Origin: Salpingoeca rosetta
Taxonomy: Eukaryota; Protista; Choanoflagellata
Length of the DNA stretch: 64,000 nucleotides
Direction of reading: 5' to 3'
Assembly: GCA_033442325.1 (NCBI GenBank)
Contig: JAWQFM010000022.1
Coordinates: 369,797 to 433,796, forward strand
Shown here: positions 1 to 11,400 of the stretch, one piece after another
Layout: each line of letters begins with the position of its first letter
Position numbering within the stretch: position 1 is the first letter of the stretch
Notes under the pieces: model-generated
Databases searched by the model: none
What the model was told of the DNA's origin: nothing
The model's input: the letters and a program-made list of their open reading frames with translations, nothing else
Position numbers and translations under genes: made by a program

Positions 1-92
<92 letters not shown>
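1..92. repeat. (TG)n microsatellite, representative of dozens of CA/TG, TCAC and CAA tracts across the window
   Basis: Perfect TG dinucleotide run read directly from the sequence. Confidence 0.98.
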
Positions 93-95
<3 letters not shown>

Positions 96-570
96 ACCCT
101 CTGCTTTATTTTATATCACATGGTGTGTTATGTAAGTTTGTTTGCAGTTTGTTGAGTGCTGGTTGTGTTGTGTAATTGGGGCCTTGTAGGCCTTGTCGTC
201 TTGTCTTGTGGCTGTGTTCGTTTATGAGTTTGTTTTTCCGCAGGTGTGCGTGTACAGGACGTTGTGAACGACGATGTAAATAAATGCCACTCAGCACAAA
301 GGCACCTGCCATGTTTTCAAGCACTTCAATAGCACACGCAAAGGCAACGCCTCGGCCACTGTGTACCACCTACACGCACACGTAACAAGGCACAGACGGA
401 CAGACAGAGAGAGAGAGAGAGCGCGAAATAACGTGTGCATGTGGAAACCAATGCACACCACGATGTACACACCACGATATACACACCACGATATACACAT
501 TGTGACGTGCACACGCGTGCGGATTACCCACATGAACACGCGCATACGCGAGTGCGCGCAGGCGCTCAGG

Positions 571-710
571 CTAGCTGGTGGGTCCAAAGTCGTGGCGGGG
601 AAGAAACCCGCGGCATACGGATGCCCCACACAAACAGGGGGTGCGGGACGGCCCGACACCAAGAGCCTCTTTGCCTACAATACCAACGTCACCCCCGACA
701 GCACCCCCGA

Positions 711-778
<68 letters not shown>

Positions 779-809
779 CCATCATCATCACCACTATCAC
801 CAGCAGCAG

Positions 810-874
<65 letters not shown>

Positions 875-1523
875 CCATCATCATCACCACTATCACCAGC
901 AGCAGCATCAGCCACGCCATAGTCAAAGGTCAGCTCCTCTCCATCAGCAATGTCGCGTGAGGCAAACAACGCAATGTGCGGAATAAAGTGCCAGCGCACC
1001 ACCTCCAGGCGCAAGTTGGGGCTGCAGGAGTGGTTGATGAAGCGCGCTTCGTTGCCATACATCTCTGCATCGACGCAGGTGACGATCGTGCGGGCTTGTG
1101 ATCCTGTGGAATGCTCCTGCAGCCTGATCAGGTAGGTGGGTCGCCCATCCCTGTCCTGTTTGGCAGCCCTGCGCCGGGCCTCTGGGAGGGAGATGACCTC
1201 ACCAAGGTAGAGCAGCACGAACGCATCGCGGGGGATGGCGCAAGTGGTCTTGAGCCCGTGCCCTTTGCTGCCGCCGCAGTCGAAGACGACCAAATGTGGT
1301 GCCGCCTTGGAAGGCCGTTGGCACGTTCGCTGTGCGCATGTTTCCGGATCGCAGCTGCAAGCATCGCTGCACTCGAACCGAACGAGTCCTGGTCGCGACC
1401 TCAGCGCGCATGCACACTGGGCCACACATGTGGACTGCGTACCCGCTGTGCTGCACGCGCATCCCTCGTACACCAACAACTGCTCCTCCTTCAACCCAAC
1501 AGGCAGTTTCAGCTGGGAAATGT
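571..1523 (-). CDS. Pre-SET/SET/post-SET histone lysine methyltransferase (SETMAR/SUV39-like), main 3' exon; 5' exon not resolved
   Basis: Cys-rich pre-SET (GCAC...CAC...FECSDACSC...C.QR), KGHGL, YLGEVI, ARFINHSCSPN, ELTFDYG, and post-SET CLCGASVCRGFLP. The frame is closed upstream by TGA; a CAG acceptor lies at 1524-1526. Confidence 0.88.
711..906. repeat. Coding (GAT)n poly-Asp tracts, duplicated with a 96-bp period
   Basis: ccactatcaccagcagcagc occurs at 791 and again at 887, each preceded by a (cat)n run. Confidence 0.9.
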
Positions 1524-2006
1524 CTGTTGGTTGGGTAGTTTGGGGTCATGAGAAGAGTGAGATGGTGTTGATGGGAGTGGGAGGGTGTGAAAAGAGTGGG
1601 ACGGAGGCGAAAGGAGTGGGGCAGGTGTTGGTGCAACTTGGGACATCTCGATGTGAGATGCATGCACATGTACAAATATTACAATGCACATGCACACATG
1701 CACATCCACGCACACATCCACGCACACGCACACACACGCACACACACTCTCTCTCTTTCCGCCTCCCTCTGTCTCTTTGTTCTCCTTGTTTACGTCGTAC
1801 GATTGTAAGAGCTTGCTGCATGTTGCCTTTGCGCTGTCACCCTTTCTTTTTCCTCATCGTTTTCCCGTGGCTGCTTCTTGCTGCGTTTGCTTGTTGGGCT
1901 CATCATCGTCGTCGCCCATCATCGCTGGCTCCGGATTGCAACTGTATCCGACAGCACAATTATTTCACCACTCCTTCCTTCCTCCAAAACAACAACACTG
2001 GCGACG

Positions 2007-2642
2007 ATGGCGCGGCGTACTGCTGTGTTTGTGTTTGCGGCGATCGTGGCTGTGGCTGTGTTGAGTGGCAGTGCGGCTGCCAACTTCACCTGCCCTCCCC
2101 CTGGCTTCTCCCCCTTCAGCTGTCCCTGTGAGTAATACATCCATTCGTGTGCGCTTGAGAGCTTGTTCTCCCTGGATGCGTGTGCGCTTGCGTCTTCACA
2201 GCCGCGATTGTGCGTGAAATGACAGCACCACCACAACACTGAAGGGCACAATGCACACAAACACAACACACAAACACAAAACACACAAACACAAACACAA
2301 ACACAACACACAAACACAAACACAAACACACACACGCACGCACGCACGCACGCACACTCACTCACTCACTCACTCACTCACTCACTCACACACACACTCA
2401 CTCACTCACTCACTCACTTGCTGGCAGCGCTGGAGCGTCCACCGGAGCCTCAGGATGTGCTGCACTTGAAGCCAGGCAACATCGCGGCCGTCATGGCCCT
2501 CGGTCAGTGACGCAACCACTGTAGCAGTCGACTTCATGCACATTGCCACGAGGTCACGTGTGCAACCATCCACACGTGCACAAATATCCACACGTGCACA
2601 AACATCCACACGTGTACAAACATCCACACGTGTACAAACATC

Positions 2643-2687
<45 letters not shown>

Positions 2688-3787
2688 ACACATGCACACA
2701 CACACACCCATGCACACACACACACACCCATGCACACACGCAACCATATACACACGCACAACCACTCACATGTGCATGCTCGTGCGCCTTCCTGCATGCA
2801 GGTGACTCTATCACGGCGGGATTTGCCATGCAGGACGGCCCATTGGAGTACCGTGGCACGGTATACTCCACTGGCGGCGATGACGGCGCCTTCACCATCG
2901 GCAACTTCCTCTCCCACTACAACCCGGACATCAAGGGCCGCGCCAAGGGTGAGACCATTCCCCTCACAAAGGCAGGCAAGGGCCTCAACTTTGCCGTGAG
3001 CGAAGCCCGTGTGCGGGATGTCCCTGGCCAGATTCAGCGCCTCTCTGCCAAGCTCAACTCCTCCGAGTACGCCGACGTCAAGGACAAGTGGAAGCTCCTC
3101 ACCATCTTCATTGGCGTATGTTGTCATGCTCTGTTGTCATGCTCTGTTGTACCCTCTGTTGTGCGGCTGTCGTGTGACTCGACCGCTGATTTGCTTCGCC
3201 AATTTGTGCCATACACGCATCCACCTATCACCAGACCCAGCCCGCAACCACTCCCAACCACATGCGCTCGCTCGTTCACATGGATCTTCAAGATTACACA
3301 CACGCCCGCATGCACACTCATGCACACGCTCACGCTATTTTCCTTCCATAACAACACCCCCCCCCAACCACACACAGGCGAACGACATCTGCGAGTGCAA
3401 GAGCATGACTGCAGATCAGTTCCGCACACAGCTGACCGAGGCGCTCACCATGGTTCACCAGACATTCCCCAAGACCTTTGTCAACATCATGACCATCTTC
3501 AACATCTCCAACGTGTGGGACGTGAAGAAGGACCGGCTGTACTGCCAGGCCGCCGTGCCCATTCTGCACGAGTGCAGCTGCCTCGAGGCAAACGCGACCA
3601 ACCGCCAGCGCATGGACGATCTTGGCATGGCCGTCAACCAGGTGCGAATGCGACGCGATGTGCTGTTGATGCCCATTGTCTCCATTGGACTTCAGCGCCT
3701 TGACCATGGGTCATGCATGATGCCGCCAACACCACCACCACCACCACCACTCACGCGTTGGCCGCGAAACCCCCGGTTCTGTTTCGT

Positions 3788-3833
<46 letters not shown>

Positions 3834-4442
3834 TCACACAATCTCGCCTGCTCGCAGGTCACACGTGAGGTGGCTGCGAAGTTTGCGGCCCTGAAGGACC
3901 CGCACTTCACGGTTGTTGTTCAGCCAGCTGTTGAGGTTAGCCTATAGTACCTAAATTTGCTCTACAATCTGTTTGGTTGCATGCGCTTTTGCAAATGTAA
4001 CTCCCTCCTCCCTCACTTACTTCCTCTTACTCCCTCTTACTCCCTCTTACTCCCTCACTCACTCACTGACTCACTCGCTCACTCCCTCACTCACTCACTC
4101 ACTCACTCACTCACTCACTCACTCACTCACTCACTCACTCACTCACTCACTCACTCACTCACTCACTCACTCACTCACTCACTCACTCACTCACTCACTC
4201 CCTCACTCACTCACTCACTCACTCACCAATAGGACGTTGCCCTTGACAAGTACCCGCCGTCCATTGTGCAGGATCTGCTGTCCGACTTGGACTGCTTCCA
4301 CCCGAGTCTGTGCACGGATCAGGGCTTTGCTGTTGGCGTGTGGAACAACATGTTCACGCCCCCAAGCCAGAAGAAGAACAACATTGACCCCCTCAAGCCT
4401 CCAAAGGCATATTGCCCAACCGCCAACGACTACATCCAGTAG
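2007..4442 (+). CDS. PLB1: Secreted phospholipase B-like GDSL/SGNH lipase, multi-exon
   Basis: Signal peptide MARRTAVFVFAAIVAVAVLSGSAAA. Spliced VLHLKPGNIAAVMALGDSITAG (GDSL block I), LNFAVSEA, WKLLTIFIG|ANDIC, and DCFHPS (catalytic DxxH). GT-AG introns, e.g. 2128-2427 and 2503-2801. TAG at 4440-4442. Confidence 0.88.
4055..4226. repeat. (TCAC)n tetranucleotide microsatellite in an intron
   Basis: Direct tandem ctca/tcac array. Confidence 0.95.
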
Positions 4443-5483
4443 CCGCTGCGCTCCTCCTTGGGGGAAACCCCACCAAACACGCACGCACACACGCACGCAC
4501 ACTCATTCAGCGCGTGCGCACGTTGTGGCTCTTCGCACCATGTTCCTTGCTCGCCTTCTTGCAGTGTGTGATGTTCCTCCCCCCCCCCCGGTCCACCGCA
4601 TCGGCCTTTTGTGCCGACTCTGACTTGCACGTTTCACAACTCCTGCTTCGATTTACAATCACGTCACGCTCGTCAAACACTCTCCACATCTCTTCTCCAG
4701 TTCCAAAGCACTTGTCGCACACACACCTGTTCGACTCCCATTACAGTCCGTGAAAAAAATGTTGGAACAAGCGTTTATGGACCGCCACTCAACGAGTGGC
4801 TCACGTCAGAAAAGAAGGAAAAAACACTTGCGGTGAAGACAGAAAACCACGAAACACAGCAAGATGAACCAATCAATGCACGCATGCACACACAAGTGGA
4901 CGCGTCACAGGGCGCACGTGCCCACACAAAAAAGGACTAGTGAAGAACACGAAAGAACACAAGAGTATGAAGAGACGTGACAACTTTGTTGTCTGCTTGT
5001 CCACTCCACAAATTCACGCCAAGGATACAACAGCTAGGATACGCAGGAACACGAACACGCGTGTAACAAACATTCGCCTTTGCCCCACACCCCAAAAACA
5101 AGACATGACAAACAAATCCACCCATCCATGGGCCAGCCATCATGTTTGTGGTGGCGCTGCAACTGCAAGCAGAACAAACAGCCCGGCAACACCGTTGGCA
5201 TCACCGTGCTGCTTGCTCGCTCGCCTCGCTTGCCCGCCACTCCTCTTCACAAACGCACACACACGCACACACACTACACACACATGCAAACACCACCACG
5301 ACCATCTTGGCACAATCACAACACCAACAAACATTCGCTCCGCCTCCCCTTGCCCCCTTCACCCACTCGCCCTCCCTCACGCTCGCGCCATACGCATCTC
5401 AGCGCTAACACATGAAACTCAAAAACAACAACAACACAAACACAACACAAACACAAGTTGCGTCAAGTCACAGTTGCAACAGC

Positions 5484-8400
5484 TCAAGCTGTGGACTCCT
5501 CGCCGTGATTGTTATCGCCGCCGTCGTTGTCGCCACCACCATCCTTGCGCTGCGGCTGCCGCGGGGTTGGCCGTCCAGGCATGGTCATGGTCGCGCCACC
5601 ACCGCCGCCACCACCAGCCTTTGGTCCGGGGCGGGCAGGGAAGCTGGGCATGTTGGTGCGCGGGCCAGCAGCACCGAGTGACGGTGGCGGCATGCCCGGC
5701 ATCATGGGCGGCATGTTGGTGCGGCGCTGCTCGCTAAACGGATCCGCAAACGTCGGCGGCTTTGGCGGAACGGGGAAGCCAAGCGAGGGCGGTGGTCCCT
5801 GGCGCATGGTGCCCTGCACACCCGGTGGCGGCGACAGCACAGGCGACGTGCGCCCGCCTCCTTGCATGTTGGCCCCGCGCTCAAGGGTTCCAAACGGATC
5901 GCCACGTGCCTTGCGCTGCATCAGCGGGCTGCCCTTGCTGCGCTTCTCGCTGCCAAAGTTTGGCTTCTGGAACGTCGGCACCTGCGTCTTTGAGCTGGTG
6001 GGCGCCTGCATCACGGGGCTGCCGGGGAACGCCATGCCCCCGGTCGTCTGGCCGGGAAGGTCCATGCGCCCGGCAGGGCTCGTAGGCAGCGTCGGCATCT
6101 GTAGGTTGGCCGCCGTGCGTGGCCCTTCGCCAGGCAGCGGGCTGCCTGGGCCGCGCGAGTCAGAGGTGGAGCGCTTGAGCGAGTGCGTCTGCGTCTGCGG
6201 CTGCGGCGAGCTGTCCGGCATGTCCGCCACAGCGTTGCGCTTCACGCGCGGGAAGGACGGCTTGGTGCGCTGCGTGCGCTGCGTCATGGGCTGCCGTGGG
6301 CTGATGGTCTGGCTTGCGCGGCGGTCGGCAAACTGCACCAGCGACGCCTGGTCCCGCACGCGCGTCTTGGGCTTGGTCAGGTCGCGCTTGAGCGCATCCC
6401 ACGCCGCCTGCGCATTGCCGTGCGTCACTGTGACGCGGCTCTTGGAGGCCGCATTGCGCGCACGCCGGCGATACACAATCACCGACACGACAATCAGCAC
6501 CACCAGCGCAACCGCAAACAGCGAAACGCCCGCCGTGCCCCACGTGCTGTCCAGCGCACTGGAGCCCGAGCTGACGTTTTCGGTTTCCTGCTCCACCGTG
6601 ACAGAGTACGAGCCAAAGGAGGCAGGGAGGTCCACATCGAAATCGCTTATGACACGGCGAACCTCGTCCGCGTCAATTTCTTCCGCAATGGCGTCCACAG
6701 ACACCTCTGCAATCACGCTGCCTGCGCGCAGGGACGTCACGTTCACCTGCCCGCAGTCCACAAATGAATTTGTCGCGTTGCACACGGCGTCGATCAGCCG
6801 CTGCGTCATCCCGGGCGTCCAGTCGTCCAGCGTCTGCTCAACAAAGCGGTACGTGCCAACCACGCGGAAGCTCTTCTGGCGAGCTGTTGTTGTTCCAGGG
6901 CAGCAAGGGCACAGCAAACACAGAGAAACAAGTGGGGAAACACAGTCGTATCATGAGCAATGAGCACAATCAACGCACATGAGCGGCAGGAGACCAGAGC
7001 GTCAGACAACACACAGGCATGCAATGCAACCACAGGAAGACAGACAAGCACACACATGAGCACACAGCCATAAACACAAACACAAAAGACACAGTGAGCG
7101 AGCAAGCAAAAGCAAGCAAGCAAACTTACGACAAGCGGGCCGGATGCAGGGCAGAGTGCGGTTGCGCTGGGCCGGGCACTCCATGCCACCATTCTCCGGT
7201 TGGACGAGAACAGAGCGGTTCTGCAGGTAGGTGCCGTGTCCACCGCATGACACCGAGCACGGCGTGGCATCCATCCACTTGCTCATCACACAGTCCACGG
7301 CAAACGGGCACGGGTTGCTGGTGCTGTCGAGCACAGTCACGTCCACAACGGCTGTGCGCTTGTTGCCAGAGGCATCAAACACCGTGTACAGCACAGGCTG
7401 CACACCAACATCCGCGCACGTAAACTCCGTCTGGTTCAGCTGCTGCGACACAACACCGCAAGCGTCGGCAAAGGTCGCCGTCACCTCGTCCACACTCAGC
7501 GTGTAGCTCTGGTCAGCATCCAGCGTGATGCTCAGCGGGCTTACGCTCAGCGTCGGCCGCGTCTGATCAAGCGCGCCAACATAAATGGTGCCGTTGACAC
7601 TGTTGCCAGACGGGTCAGTCGCCCTCACAACAACAGGCACGCTCTCCGTCAGCTGCGCGCATGTCACCGTCGACACGTTGCTGCTCAACTCAAAGCCGCA
7701 CGCGTCAAACGTGCTGCCGTCCAGGGCCGTTGGGTCCACAACGGCAACGCCAGTCTCGTTGAGCACAAACGAGTAATTGGTCTTCAGCGCAAGCACGGGT
7801 GCCACGCGGTCAAGAACAACAATGCTCGTGTTGCTGGAGCCGCGGTTGCCGTTCACATCGTCCACATACACGGTGGCCGTGTTGTTCTGGCCAACCATCG
7901 AGCACGTCACCTGCGCCGGAAGAACAAACGCATCTGAAACGCCACACGCGTCTGTAGCGTTCTCGCTCAGGGCGGCGGCATCAAACACGTGCGTGCCCGT
8001 GGTGCCGTTCAGCTCCACGACATACTCCGCGCGAAGCGGCACTGTCGGTGCCGTGACATCCACCACGGTGTAGTTCACTTGCAGCGAGCCAACGTTGCCG
8101 GCAGCGTCAGCCGCGTACAGCGTGTTGTTCTGCACGCCGACGTCGGCGCACGTGAGCTGCGTCACGTCCAGGCTCAGCTGCGCCACGCCGCACACGTCCG
8201 ACGAGCCCGCATCGACATCTGTCGGCAGCAGCGCCGCCATGCCGCTGGCATTCAGCGTCACCTGGGAGATGGACGCGCGCACAACCGGCGCTGTCTCATC
8301 GTTCACCGTCACCAGCGCGGTGTCCGATGCAGTGTTGCCGTACGCATCGTGCACCGTCAGGTTGACCGTGTTCACACCAGCATGCTCGCACGTGAACAGC

Positions 8401-11400
8401 GTCTGGTTCACCGTCGTCAGCACAACGCCGCATGCGTCGTTGGAGCCGCCGTCCACCTGGTCGGCACTCAGCTCGGCCGTTCCAGTCGTGCCGTTCAGCA
8501 CAAGCGTGGCCGGCTGCGTCACCACGTTGGGCAGCAGCGTGTCAACCACGTGCACATTGATGGTGTCCGTGGCCACGTTGCCGTTCACGTCCGTCACCGT
8601 CACCGTCACGCTGTTGTCTCCAACAGTCGCGCACGAAAACTCAGTGTCAGACAGCACAAACGAGGCAATGCCGCAAGCGTCCGTGGTGCCCGTGTCGACG
8701 AGCGTGCGGTTGATGGATGCGAGGCCGCTCGAGTTGAGCTGCACCACCACGTCCGTCAGGCTCAGCGACGGCGCCGTGCTGTCCACCACAGCAACATCCA
8801 CCACCGTCGACGCGTTGTTGCCGTTCACATCGACAGCGGTGAAGAGCACGGAAATAGTGCCCACGTCCGCGCAGGTCAGCGCAGTCTGGTTCACGCTCAG
8901 AGACGCAATGCCGCAAGCGTCGCTCGTGCTGTCGTCCAGGTTGCTGGCAGCAAGCGTGCCTGTGCCGGCTGCGCTCAGCGTGCGAGTCACGCCTTGAAGC
9001 ACGCCCACCGTTGGCTCGGTCTGGTCCACGATGGTCACGTTCTCTTGTGCGGAGTTGGCGTTGCCATACACGTCAGTCACGGTCAAGGTCACCACGTTGA
9101 CACCAACGTCGGCGCACGAGAACGCAGACGGCGACACGGAGGAGCCGAGCACGCCACACACGTCCGTGGACCCGCTGTTCACGTCGCTCGGCTGCAGGGA
9201 CACGTGCCCGCCGCTGTTGAGCACCTTAGTCGTCGGCGCCGTGTTGATGTCCGGTAGCCCGCTGTCAAGCACGCGCACCTCAATGGTCGTGGATGCAGGC
9301 TGCTCGGACGTGTCAAACACGGTCAGCGTCACCGTGTGGGTCTGGTTCACGTCACTGCAGCCAAACACTTCCATGTCCAGCAAACGACGGCTGATGCCGC
9401 AGTTGTCGCTCTCCGTCAGCAGCACGTCCCCAACCGACAGTGTGGCAAGGCCGTTCGCGCCGAGCGTCAGGTTGTACGCCGCTACGGCTGTGACCGTGGG
9501 TGGCGTGTCGTCCTCCACAGTCACTTGAACCGTCTCCGTTGTGGTCAGGCCGTTCACGTCCGTTGAGGCAATCTCCACAAACTTGACGCCAGTGTCACTG
9601 CAAGAGAAGAGCGTGTTGTTGGCAGTGGTGCTGGCAATGCCGCAGTTGTCGTCCAGTGACGAAATCGCTTCGGAAGGCAAGAACGTGCGCTGCCCAGTCG
9701 CGTTGAGAGACACTGTCACATCCTGCGTCACCAACGTCGGCGCAAGGGTGTCACTGACCGTGATCGTCACCGCCGCAGAGTCGCTGTTGCCAGCAACATC
9801 GTACACGGAGACCGTCACGGGGACGGGGCCCACGTCAGAGCACGAGAATGCAGACTGCGTCACGTTCTCCACATCCACGGCGCAGTTGTCCGTGGAGGAG
9901 GTGATGAGCGTGCCAACAGACACAGATGCAGCGCCGTTGCTGTCAAGCGTGACACTGTGAGAGCCAACGACGCTCACAACAGGAGCCTCGTTGTCCTCAA
10001 CAGTCAGCGTCAGTGACGCGCTCTGCACGTTGCCGGCTGCATCGCGAAGGTACACGGTTGCGGGCACGGTGCCCAGGTGGCTGCAGTCAACGCTGCTCGG
10101 CTCAATCCATGTCGACACAACACCGCAGTTGTCCGAAGAGCTCGCAATCGCGTCGGCGGGCGCAACGCTGGCCTGGCCGGTGCTGTTCAGCACAAGCGTC
10201 ACGTCCTGCACAGTCACGTCGGGCAGAATGTTGTCCTCAACAGTGATGTTCACGGTGGCCGTCGACACAAGGCCAGTGGTGTCCGTCGCGGAGAACGTCA
10301 GCGTCTGCGGACCAAGATCGGCACAGGCGTACATGTCCGTGGAGATGGCCAGGGAGGAAATGCCGCAGTTGTCGTCAGTACCCAAGTCAAGGTCCGCTAC
10401 CGTGACAGCAGCTTCGCCAGTCGCATTCAGCTCAACCGTCAGGGACGGCCGTACAGAGAGCACGGGGGAAAGGAGATCCTCAACGAGGACCTCCGTCACA
10501 TGCGATGTTGTCAGATTCGCCACATCCATGATAGTGGCAAGCAGCAGGTTTACACCGCGGTCGGCACACGTGAAGTCTGTCTGGTTCAGCGTTTGCTCCA
10601 CCACCTCACAGTTGTCGTCGGCGCCGAGAATGACTGTGGCCGTGTCAATGCTGCCGCTGCCAGACGCATCCAGTGACACGTTGTAGCGCGGCTCAACACT
10701 GAACGTCGGCGCGATGGTGTCACGCACGTCAACGCCAATCAGGCCGCTGTACGAGTTGCCGTTGCTGTCCTTCACAAACAGGTTCACGTCCTCATGGCCG
10801 AGATCGGCGCACTTGAACACAGACTTGCTGACAATTTCCTGCACAACACCGCACGCATCGCTGGTGTTGGCGTCCAGTGTCGCGCGGCCAGACGCGTCCA
10901 GATCAAGCACAACATCGGGTGCAAGCAGCTCCGGGTCGACGGGATCGCGAACATACACCTGCACAACCTTTGTGGCCGTGTTGTTGTGAATGTCTGTCAC
11001 GCTCACAACAATGTCGTGGGCATCGTCCTGAACGTCAACGCACGTGAACACTGTCTGGGACAGGTTGGCGTGCGACACTTGACAGTTGTCGCTCATGCTC
11101 GTGATTACCTGAGATGGGCTCAGGGTTCCAAAGCCCGCACTGCCAAGCTGCACCACGCGGGACGACACAACAGAAAACTCCGGCGAGATTGTGTCCACCG
11201 CCGTAACAACAGCAGTGGCAGTGCCGACGTTGCCACTACCGTCCGTGGCAGACACAGTGATGGTCTGAGGAATGCTTGCCTGAGAGCACGTCAGCGATGT
11301 AACCGACAAGGACACGCTGCTCACACCGCAGGCATCCGCAGTCGACACCACGACGTCCGCTTCAGTCACAGACGTCATACCGGAGGAGTCAAGCTCCAAC

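Noticed and set aside
361-986. Poly-His and poly-Ile ORFs on the + strand
   Set aside because: They are antisense shadows of the SET gene's (GAT)n poly-Asp tract.
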